Below are positions 1-10,641 of a stretch of 64,000 nt of DNA, piece by piece. The notes below the pieces were generated by a model that was not told the DNA's origin, ran no database searches, and worked only from the letters and a program-made list of their open reading frames with translations. The position numbers and the translations under genes are program-made. The DNA comes from Chrysomallon squamiferum. Taxonomy: Eukaryota > Animalia > Mollusca. The stretch is taken from NCBI GenBank assembly GCA_012295275.1, contig CM022665.1, positions 34,472,001 through 34,536,000 of the forward strand. The letters are read 5' to 3'. Numbering within the stretch: position 1 is the stretch's first letter; every line of letters starts with the position of its first letter.

Positions 1-536
1 ATATAATTAAATATGCAACATCAAATAACCAATGACAGAAATTAATATGTTGTAATGATGATGCAATACATAATCAAATTTTTAATAATATTTTTGTTTT
101 GTTTTGCCTCCTGTAAATTTATTTTTTATTATTTATTTATTTATTTTATTTTTTTTAAGATCCTTTAACAACCATAATGAAAAGAAAAGCTAAACTGAAG
201 ATTACATCTACAGCTTCTTGATCAAGTGTATCTATCAAAATGAAAAGTGTTACTCTGCTTATTATTTGTTTTTATATGGCAGGCTCCATTATTTTCATAC
301 AGAACAATTGTATTTGTTTATCAGAATATTGTTCAGTGTTATATTAATTTGTTTTCAAATACACAGTTTGTGTGTTATATCATTTCAGATGAAATAGTTT
401 GAATATTAAATAATATTTATTAAATATATTATTGTGCAGTGTATTTTCTTAACTATTACTTAGTAATCATCGGTGGGTTTTATAATAATTTTGTGATACC
501 AGTCTAAATTACTGGAAGATGTTATAAACACCATAA

Positions 537-686
537 TTGTTGAACTTTTAAGCTAATATTAATGTTTTCAATTCTTTAGTGTTTAATGACTTGTATTTTA
601 TAAACAGCTTATTTGTTGAACTTTTAAACTAATATTAATATTTTCAGTTCTCTAATATTTCACTGACTTGTGCATTTTAAAAGCAG
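537..686. repeat. Imperfect tandem duplication, ~77-bp unit
   Basis: ttgttgaacttttaa(g/a)ctaatattaat(g/a)ttttca..tgacttgt occurs at ~537 and ~614. Confidence 0.6.
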
Positions 687-3419
687 GTTGGTTATTTCAG
701 AAGAGCATTTAATGATCAATTATTAATGTATTCAGCTGGTCCTGCATGTTAATGTCATTTTCAGTTTAATTCAGATTACCACTGATTTGATTTGTTTTGA
801 CTTATTTTATTGATAAAATATATTATTGATTAATTAATAGATCTTCAATGGTTACTGAAATTCAGATAAATGTTAATAAAAATAACTGAAAATTATTCAT
901 GTCAGTTAAAAATGCAGTAATTTGCATTTTGGTGTACAAAAATGTGGTACTAAAATGTTTTGTTAACAACATTCACATGTAACCTTATCACCCAATCTCT
1001 CAAAATATTAGTAAATTGGATTTTCATTCTTAAATTTTCTACTAAGAATTAACCTTTTAATCTTAGCACAGAGACCTTGAGGTGACAAACTACTCCCGTT
1101 AGCCTTCTGTTTATTTCCAGATATTCACAGAAACATTTAAATGACAAATAAAACAAGGGATCTCTTGAACTAAGTAATGTCAGTGTGATCTGTAACACAA
1201 TTCTCTGACTACTGGAAAATGGAACAATTGTATTTAATCACAATTTTGTTGCATATTTATATGCCCAGACCACAGTTCTCATTTGGCATCTTATCCCTCC
1301 CATGAAATGTGGGACATATCAAGAATCTACTGACAGACCTCGACGGGACAGCCATTATCACTTCAGAAAAAAATATCTTATTAACTGAAGCAGTTTCTTT
1401 TACTTACCTTATGGTATATAAATCATGGTACATGTTCTTTCTGATAAGCATTAGTATAACACATTGTTTTCTCCTGGAACATCATTCTTTTTGCAGTAGT
1501 CATTATTATTTTTTCAAAATGTAAGTTTAAGAACTAAGTTGTATATATAATTGATCACATTACATACATAAATATGTTAGCCTTGTAAACATTTTATCCA
1601 CTGTTACATTTACTGAAATGATGGATATGTTGTAGATACACAGTGAAATTGTTACTATCACCAAGTATTTAATTATTTTATTAGTCATATATTTTCAAAT
1701 GATATAAATCATTTGGTTGGAGTTTTTTGTCTTGTTAAATTACTTTGTTGCCTCTTATTGTGGGCTGTGATCTAATTCATTGTCATATATTTTGTAAAAA
1801 GCAAACTGTCAGTGCTGTTTCAATAAAGACTGTTGTATACCATAATTTTTTTTGATCTTCTGTCACTAGTAAGTAAACTACTTTGAGTCACTCATATGAC
1901 ATAAAGATTGTTTTACTTCTGTCAGTTCATGCAGTATTCCACAACAGACTTTTCAGCTCTCATGAACAATTTGTCACTTCTTGAAAGCTGAAATATGAAC
2001 AATATTCAATGTTATTTAGAGTTGGAATGATCTGTAACAATTTTTTCATTAAGGAGTGATCTCTAGATAAGGATGTAAGAAATCCTCTCAGCACAACTCT
2101 ATTTTTTAAAGGATATATTATATGTAAAGGTGGACTGTAACTCTGGTTTGAACACATCATACAGCAAAGTGTGTTGCAGGATCAGTCATTTAAGGGTTGG
2201 TGTATATATAGTCTTGTTTATGGGAAGTCATTTTGCTACCATTCTTAAAAAGGAATAATCATTGCATATCAGCTTTCCTTTCTTTGCTATTTGTTTAAAG
2301 GAGATAATATGATTGTCTGGACAGCATTGTTAATAATATTGCACCATCTAAAAGATAAGTAAAATTAAAAAAAATAAAACTATTTCTGTAAGTAGATAAT
2401 TCTGCTAACTGCATCTAACATATATTGTAATTTGGCACATTGTTAATGAGAGAGTATGAATCATGTTAACATTCAATAAACCTTTAGCTGATATTTCTTT
2501 TACCTTTCAAGCTTCATCAGCACAATTATAATTTAGTTGCATTCAGTCATATTATTTGTAGAGCTGGACCAGGCATTTTGAGATTTGAACTAGGCTTTTT
2601 TGTTGGTTGTTTTTTTATGTTCACATTTGGATCTGATCGATCTTTTCTTCCTTTTTTATTTTTTAATTTAATTTTTATTTAAAAATAATTTTCTATAAAA
2701 TAGATAATGATGATAATAATAATAATAATAATAATAAATTAGAATAATAACAACCACAATAATAGGATGAACCATCAATAAAGAGACAAACTGATATTGC
2801 AAGTATCAAGTTACTGACTTCAAAATATTTAGGTTTTAGAATAATATTCAGTCTGTATCTGCAATTCATAAAATCCAGTAGGATAAATAGTGAATGTACT
2901 GATTGTCTGCAGAATTATATTTGAATTATAATTATGATAATTATGTTGTTTTGAACATTCATAAGACAACTGCTCAAGAGAGTGCCTTGTACATCTAACC
3001 ATAATTGAAATGGAGGACATATAAAAGGCATATCAGTCCCATTACATAATGACACAGTGTGAAGGGGAAAGATATGTTGTGTCATTGTCCAGTTAGGACA
3101 AACCAGAATCCAAGGTATCAACAGTGCATCTTAAAGAACAAGTATGTTGGGCTCTGCCATAGATTTTTCTTTTTTAAAAGTGGATGTTGATCCACACTGT
3201 GGTTATGTTGATCCATTTCTTGGCAAATCTGTCCAAGTAAATGAAATAGCAATAACATTATAAAGTTTGAAAATACATTTATATCTTGGTTATAATAACA
3301 TATTCAGCATTTGTCATGATATTTAGCTAAGGTTATTCTTGTTATTAACCAGCCATGGCTGTGACTAAATATTATATATAAAAATTTCTATCAAGTCTAT
3401 TAGGATACCAAGAATCTTT

Positions 3420-4370
3420 GTGAAGTATATAAAATATAGATGCAATTCTAGTACTAGATATGCTATACCAAATATATGTCAAATAAAGATACCTTTACAT
3501 ATTCAGCAGTTAAGAATGGTTGTCATAGACAAAAAAGAAAATCTAACACCCAGTCAGAGAATGGCCTGTATCACTGCACTTACAACTGCCATAGAACTAC
3601 AGTGACCTAAGAGTGTGGCTAGTATTTTTTGGTGCATGTGGTCACTAAACAGTCCAACCTCTAGACAAATGCCATTTGTTAATGATACTGCAGAATACAA
3701 GCTGGCATGATTTTAGTGCAGATACACTAACAATTTTTGGCTGCAGACATTTATGGATTATGTCATTCCTAGTGAAGTAAGCTACATCCTGTGAATTTGG
3801 AATAAATGTAACATTCTGCAAAGTTGTGTTAGAGAGTCCATGGACAGTTACAGATGGATAGTTTCTGCAACCTACCCATGGAAAGATAGACAATACTCCT
3901 TATTTTTACTACCATCAACAACATGATATATCTGTGCAATGATGGCATTGTTTGAACTTCTGGTATCTTCTATTCATCTCCATTCATCTATTCTATTTCT
4001 ACAGTTCTACATTTTTCATGTGGAAGACCACGACACCATGCTCCTTCCAAACAATTTAAGCTACATATATGTCAGCCATTCAACTGTCGAAGACTGAAGC
4101 AGAAAGAAACAACTTGAACTTAGAGCCACATATTTTCCAGATCAACCTTGAGAAAGCCAAGGCCATAGCTGCAACGGAAGTTTTCAAAGGGGTCCAAGTA
4201 TTGGGAGCAAGATTCAGAATATTGGTTCAACTCTTTGGTATAAAGACAATGAGGCACTTCATAGATTTGCAGCTAGAGCCAAGGCCTTCTCTCTCATTCT
4301 ACTGGACTAGGTTGAGGATGTCTGGTTGGACGCCATTGTACAGTTTCCAGGCAGTTACAAATTTATAATT
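3420..4370 (+). mobile_element. Degenerate Mutator/MULE-type transposase relic
   Basis: ORF 4069-4368 has LNLEPHIFQINLEKAKAIAATEVFKGVQVLG, resembling the MULE core pattern P..(I/L).DFE.A...A...VFP...V.GC.FH. Neighbouring frames are broken by stops and frameshifts. Boundaries are approximate. Confidence 0.45.
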
Positions 4371-4599
4371 CCCTATGAGTTTTGAAATGAACTTTCTCAA
4401 TTACCCACATATTTTAATAGCCTGTTATCTAATTCCCATTTTTTAAAATATTTTATTCCCTTTCGATTTTTTATAGATCAAGTGGGAAGACACCCTTTAT
4501 ATACAGATCCTCTGTGATGTAGCAATTACGAGAACCACAATTTCTATTAAATATCATTCCTTTCAAATGCAGTTAGAAATATTTGCTACATCACAACTG

Positions 4600-4601
<2 letters not shown>

Positions 4602-4649
<48 letters not shown>
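4602..4649. repeat. (TTA)n microsatellite followed by a poly-T tract
   Basis: Seen directly. Confidence 0.9.
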
Positions 4650-4650
<1 letters not shown>

Positions 4651-4744
4651 TGTGTCGTGATTTTTTTTTTTTTTTTTTTTTTTCCTTTTAATCTGATCTC
4701 AGTAAGTGTGCCACGTTAACGAATTCGGGTCGGTTTTCTTATGG

Positions 4745-4830
4745 GACGAAAGTAATAACCGGAAGTTCCTTATAATCAGCTATTTCCGGGTGTGGACAAA
4801 AAAGTAACATTGGCATTTATTTCAAATATT
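4745..4830 (+). promoter_or_regulatory. Putative promoter of ADAM copy A with an ETS-type site
   Basis: ACCGGAAGT at 4758-4766 and TTTCCGG at ~4783, in a CpG-containing patch ~90 bp upstream of the ATG. Homologous blocks occur at 10558-10581 and 21019-21042. Confidence 0.55.
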
Positions 4831-4856
4831 CAAACTTATCGAAAGACAGAGCAGTA

Positions 4857-7322
4857 ATGGCAAAACCTACTAGTTTGCTTATTAACATGCTTCTTTTACA
4901 TTCATTTTCACACAGTCAAATTGAAAAAAGCATAAATATTACGTATATTCGAAATAAATGTGGCAAGACCATTGTTCAGTCGCCGTCGATGAATAAAAGA
5001 GGTAAGAACATTATAGAAAGGGATGAAAGTTTTGAAGCCAATATTCATTTTCAAAACATTGCAGTAACACTTAACAATACAAATTATGAAAAATATTTGA
5101 AGTTTTGGGCATTTGGTTCGCATTTTAAAATTTATCTGAAAAAACAAAAACTATTTCATCCACATATGACAATAACCTCAAAAAGCCGAATTGAGACAAA
5201 TATTGAGATACCCATGTTTTATGTCGGATTCAATTATGATCCGTCCTTGTCAGTTGTACATGGAAGATTTTATAATAATACCTTCAATGGGACTATACAC
5301 TGGAACAACAACATTATAATAATATATTGTCCAGATGCCAAAATTCCTTACAATCACTTTAATGTAATTTTGTGTACAGTTACTCAGAAAGTGAATGTTT
5401 TTGAAACTAATAATAATAATTCTTGGGATATGTATTATCATGAACAACAAAACTATGAAAATTTCCTGACGAAATCGTTACCTCAAGATTGTAGTTACCT
5501 TAAGAATAAACGTATCAATAGCAGATTTAAACGTTCTGTTTTAAGTCCAAGATCCTGTCACTTGCATCTGGTTGCAGATCATTTATATTTCCGATATGCA
5601 GGTAGCTCACATATTGGAAGTACCGTTGATTTAATGATGGTAAATATTGCCCAGGCAGATACTATATTTCGCCGTACTGATTTTGATGGTGATGGATTTG
5701 GTGATAATATTGGATTTGTTGTTGCTAACATAACTATTCACAAAAATTCAAACAGTCCAGATTATAAGTTAGGAAATGAACATATGGATGTATATGAGTA
5801 TATAAAACAATTTTCAGAATATGATTTTAGTAATTATTGCCTTGCTGTAGCCTTTACTTACAGAGAATTTGAAAATGGAGTTGTTGGTTTAGCATGGCTA
5901 GGCCAATCTAGTTCTGTTGGACGTTCGGGAGGAATATGTGACACTGATTCATTGAATGATGAAGGTGAACTATTCAGTTATAATACATTGTTATTAAGTC
6001 AGCTAACTGCAGGAGAATTCTATCCCACTTACATGTCTTCACTTGCACTGACACATGAATTGGGACACAGCTTTGGAGCTGTTCATGATGAAGTATCTAG
6101 CAAAACATGTGCTCCAAATGATGATTATGGAAATTATATCATGTATCCATTTGTTATTACAGGATCAAAACCAAATAATAAGAAATTTTCACCCTGCAGT
6201 ATTCAAAATATTAATCCTGTCATTACCAAAAAAGGTTATTGTATAAAATTAGATACAGGTCCTGTTTGTGGCAATGCTATTCGAGAAGAGGGTGAACAGT
6301 GTGACTGTGGAACATCTGGGACATGTCATTATATTGATCCATGCTGTTCACCTAGTGATGCTGATAATATGCTTGAAAAACCTTGCAAATTTCGTGCTGG
6401 GAAAATATGTTCGCCAAAGGAATCACCATGTTGTGCAAAAAACTGTCAGCCAGTAAAATTAAAAGAAAATCATGTATGTAAGCTTAAGACTGACTGTGCA
6501 TTTGAATCTTACTGTGATGGGAAAAGTTCTTCTTGTCCTGTGCCAGTACTTTATCCTGATGGAACATCATGTAATGGCGGAAGAATGAGATGTGAAGCAG
6601 GAAAATGTTCAAAAAGTATTTGTGAATGGTTAAATCTCAAAGACTGTCAGTGTATCAGTCACCCAAGTTTACTATGTTACGTTTGTTGTATGCCAAAACA
6701 TGGAAATCAGTCCACCTGTGCCCCTGTAGGAACTTTTGAGGTTGCATCAGATGACTTAAAAAATCTTAGAAGTCAACATGGTCAGCCATGTAATCAAAAT
6801 AAAGGATTTTGTGATCACAATTATGAGTGTATAATGGCAAGTATTGATAGTGTTAACACCAGATTAAACAAGATATTTGGTACAGATTTTCAACAAGATA
6901 TTAAAAACTGGTTCAGAAGGTTCTGGATTTTAGTATTTGCATTTTTTATTTTCATCTTGATTTTAACAGGAATATTTACCATGTTTTTTAAAAAATACCA
7001 AGATACCCATGTAGAGGCTCTGAGAGTGGCAAGACTAACAACAGCTCTTGAAGACTGTATACTACAAAAACATATATATTATAAAAAAATTGAATTATTT
7101 AAAGAAGAAATTGACAGAAAAATAAATCAGTTAAAGAGAGGAAAAAATATTGACTCAACAGAAGCACTGGCACGGCTTTCTGCATTGTTTCCAGCAGCAC
7201 CAATATTATTAATACTAGAAATAATGAAGTTTTGTCCAAACGAAGAAATAGCAGTACGATATCTGTTGCTTCAAGGATTTCACATGCGTGCTTTTAAAGT
7301 GATAGTTCCGTATGTTAAGTAA
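4857..7322 (+). CDS. ADAM10: ADAM10/Kuzbanian-like disintegrin metalloproteinase, intronless copy A (821 aa)
   Basis: Signal peptide, prodomain, furin site RFKR; ADAM10-type YCLAVAFTYREFENGVVGLAW..SGGIC; zinc motif HELGHSFGAVHD; Met-turn GNYIMYP; disintegrin CGNAIREEGEQCDCG; Cys-rich domain; TM helix; cytoplasmic tail. One uninterrupted ORF. A paralogue, not necessarily the canonical orthologue. Confidence 0.93.
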   Translation: MAKPTSLLINMLLLHSFSHSQIEKSINITYIRNKCGKTIVQSPSMNKRGKNIIERDESFEANIHFQNIAVTLNNTNYEKYLKFWAFGSHFKIYLKKQKLFHPHMTITSKSRIETNIEIPMFYVGFNYDPSLSVVHGRFYNNTFNGTIHWNNNIIIIYCPDAKIPYNHFNVILCTVTQKVNVFETNNNNSWDMYYHEQQNYENFLTKSLPQDCSYLKNKRINSRFKRSVLSPRSCHLHLVADHLYFRYAGSSHIGSTVDLMMVNIAQADTIFRRTDFDGDGFGDNIGFVVANITIHKNSNSPDYKLGNEHMDVYEYIKQFSEYDFSNYCLAVAFTYREFENGVVGLAWLGQSSSVGRSGGICDTDSLNDEGELFSYNTLLLSQLTAGEFYPTYMSSLALTHELGHSFGAVHDEVSSKTCAPNDDYGNYIMYPFVITGSKPNNKKFSPCSIQNINPVITKKGYCIKLDTGPVCGNAIREEGEQCDCGTSGTCHYIDPCCSPSDADNMLEKPCKFRAGKICSPKESPCCAKNCQPVKLKENHVCKLKTDCAFESYCDGKSSSCPVPVLYPDGTSCNGGRMRCEAGKCSKSICEWLNLKDCQCISHPSLLCYVCCMPKHGNQSTCAPVGTFEVASDDLKNLRSQHGQPCNQNKGFCDHNYECIMASIDSVNTRLNKIFGTDFQQDIKNWFRRFWILVFAFFIFILILTGIFTMFFKKYQDTHVEALRVARLTTALEDCILQKHIYYKKIELFKEEIDRKINQLKRGKNIDSTEALARLSALFPAAPILLILEIMKFCPNEEIAVRYLLLQGFHMRAFKVIVPYVK

Positions 7323-7551
7323 TTAGATGGAATGTAAAAACGAGGAGTTGATCTGACATTCTGTAAATGTCTTGTGATTTTATTGTTAATTATAGTTCAT
7401 GTTATATGCAGAAGTAGGCTTACTGATTGTTCTTTACACTCCTAAATTGAAAATTTGTATGATCTTCAAATTAAAGGTTTTAATTAGGGACGGAGGGGTG
7501 GTTGTTTTGAAATTCATGTTTGATAAACAATAGTTTGTTTTACAATTCTGT

Positions 7552-7582
<31 letters not shown>

Positions 7583-8364
7583 AGAAAAGGAAAACAGAAT
7601 GAGTAAATAACTATAAGGGGGGAAAATCAGATGAAATACACAATTTGTTGCCATGTTATATGTGATATAATATTCTTACTTCAAACTCAGCATTTCATTT
7701 GAAACCATATGTAGAAATGCAGTCTTTAACTGAAGTGTGAGAGTAATGATGTCATTCTCTGTTAAAACCTGTGTATGTGTGTGTGTTTGTGCGGGGGGAA
7801 AGGCAGAACAGCATTCTTTATATGTCGGCTGTAATCCATGTTTTACAGTAATGCATGTTGGATACATCAGTCATTTGTTTTGTATACTATGAGAATATCA
7901 GTCAGTTATTAAAGTGGCTATCTGGAACTGCCCATCATCAGAGAAAATTACAGTAGTAATTGTAGCTATTTGCAACATTATTTTGGTCATGTTTCAGGTA
8001 ATATTGAATACATGTATATATGTATTCATTTCTCTATTTGAGAATCTCTAAAAAGTGTATGGTACAGTTATGCAGAAATCAGCATGTCCGTAATTATTAT
8101 TATTACCCCCAAAATCGGATAGCACACCAAGTACCGCACCTATTTTAGGTCAAGGTAAATTAAATCGCGGGAAATCCTGCAAAATTTCACTTAAGAGGAA
8201 ACCTCTACTGGCTGCTAGACTCTTATTAGTTTGGATGGAGTAAAAATTTGTTAATAATTGGGAATTAGCATTATAGGCATGTGTTTAGGACGGCATATAG
8301 GGTGAAATTATTCAGCGATACAGCGGGGTCTTCAGGTGAATATCATAATCATTATGCCATAATC

Positions 8365-8482
8365 CAATGCCAGATTAAAATTATTGTAGGCTTCTGGGTT
8401 AAATTAAATTAAATAACTTTTAACTACCTCTTTAAGGCCTTGGGGTTGTAGCCCTTAAAAAGAATGTCTTAATCTGGCACTG
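8365..8482. mobile_element. Small hAT-like MITE
   Basis: Terminal inverted repeats caatgccagattaa / ttaatctggcactg; TSD not convincing. Confidence 0.45.
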
Positions 8483-10557
8483 CCCAAATAGTAATGGTTG
8501 TCATCTCTGTGTATTTATTGTTGTTATATATAGTCTTTTCCAGTTTCCTTTGGATATAGAACATTAGAATTTCCTTTTCATTTAAATTTAAAGTTATATA
8601 CTAATGAATCAATAATTCTAATAATTGCATAAGAAATGTCAGGTAACACGCATTCAGTTTTGACCAATAAATTGGTTCGTGTTGGTAGCTTTTAAACTGA
8701 TTTAAGTAAAAAATAAAAGGAAAAAAAAAAAAGGCCAGAGAAAACATAAATTGGCATTTGAACAACCTGTAAATCACGACAAATGTTTCATTTAAACGGT
8801 GTAAATTCATTCATATTTATTCAGTTTGCAGTGTCTGTTATATATGCATAGAATTCTTCAAAGCTGAAAGTGTGAAAGTGCATTTCGTATTTAAATTGGT
8901 TTGATCAATTTGTTTTTGTTTCTTAACTCTTTCAAAATACCATAATGTATAATTCGAATGTTTTACTTAAATAAAAATAACTAAATCTGATTGTAAGTTT
9001 ATATTTAATTGAAAATTATTTACTGTTGTATATTTTCAAATAATTCTAAAACTGTGACTTCAACTGTGTTGCAGTCAGAGTCTGCTATGAGTATTAATTA
9101 TTTTAATGAAGTAATAAAGTGTTTGTTAAAATTGTTTTGGGGTGTCTTTGTTTTGTTTTTACTCCTCAGTACATTAATTTGAATGTTTCCCAATAATGCC
9201 TATGGTTCTTAACAGTCTGAAAAACCATTGACTGAAATGTTTGAATGCAGATTAAATAAGAAGTTTTATTCTGGTATGTTTTTGATAGAATGCCAATAAG
9301 ATGACTTTTTTATTTTTCTCTGTTATCTTTAAAAAACTGTTAAAGGGACAAGAAAACATGGAGGGAGAATCAGTCTGACTGAATGTTATGAACTTGTATA
9401 TAAGCATCTTTTATATTCAAAAAAAAAAAATAAAAATAAAATACAATTATATATTATCACTTGCAATTAGCAGTGTTAATCCAGATTTCAGCACCAGACA
9501 GTCTTAAAAATTAATTTTCATCTTAAACTGGAGGCCATTTAAAATTCTCAAATTTTTCGACTATAACTGAAAAAGTTATTCTGTCATCATTTAACAATTT
9601 TTTGTTGATTTTATTGTTGTTTTGTTTGTTTAATTGTTTTAAACAACTTCCATAAATAATTTCTATCCAAAGCAAAAGTTTTTTTTTGAATTGTAGTTTT
9701 TGTCTAGATTATCTCACTCTGTTTCGGCAGTTGTTGAAAATATCTCTATTTTTTTATTGTTCATGTGTGTATGTGTGCCATTTTTCAGGGAATTTTCCCA
9801 TTACTCATTGTATAATAACACCCCCCTCACAAAGTTTATCAGTGTTTCTTGAAATATTTCAGTGTCATTCACCATCAAGTCTTTAACACATAATGTCATT
9901 CCTTACAACTTTGTTGATTTTTGTCATACTTTTACATGTGGGTGGAAAAAATATATAATAATCAAAAAAACAAAAAACCAACAAAAAAAACCAAACAAAC
10001 AAAACGTAAGTTAATTTATTTATTACATGTATTTTGTTTCAACATCCAGTTGAAAATGCACTGTCTCTGTTATCTCCATCCTAACTCAAGTACAATAAAA
10101 ATGTAATGTTAAATATATCATTAATATAAAGTCACTATAAGTATAGAAACATAGTAATTATTTTCCAGCAGATATTTATTGTGATCTTATATTTATGACG
10201 CAGAATATGAACCTAGCTGTTAATAACTAAATGTATATTATTGTGCTCTGTAGCAGTTAACTCAAAATAAAGTAATTTCAGAGTAATTCACAAAACCTTT
10301 TTTTTTTTTTAATAATTGTTTTAAAACAAAATTTCATTTTAATTTGTAAAACTTATTATTTATTTACAAAATAATTTTAATCCTTTAAAGCTTTGTTATC
10401 ACAGCTTTCAGTAATATTTGAAAATTACATTACCAGTAACAAATTCTCTAACAGAAAACATCAAGTGGTTTCATGATAAAGTTCAAATACTGTTACCCAA
10501 ATAAATAAAAGATGTTCATTTTAAATGTATGAAATTTAACGGTCTACAATTTCGCAC

Positions 10558-10581
10558 AAACGGAAATAATAACGGAAGTTA
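10558..10581 (+). promoter_or_regulatory. Relic ETS-type promoter block of pseudogene B
   Basis: aaacggaaataataacggaagtt matches the blocks at 4745-4767 and 21019-21041. Confidence 0.45.
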
Positions 10582-10641
10582 ATTCAAGATGACCCCAAAA
10601 AGTTTTCCAATGTTCAGTAACAATTTTAAAGCATGAGAAAA

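Noticed and set aside
160-1830. Possible terminal exon and long 3' UTR of an upstream gene (acceptor-like ttttaag at ~159, AATAAA at ~1822)
   Set aside because: No recognisable peptide and no upstream context
10440-10500. aacatcaagtggtttcatgataaa resembles the copy-C prodomain start (aatactaaatggtttcgtgataag); possible fourth ADAM fragment
   Set aside because: Too short and AT-rich to exclude chance
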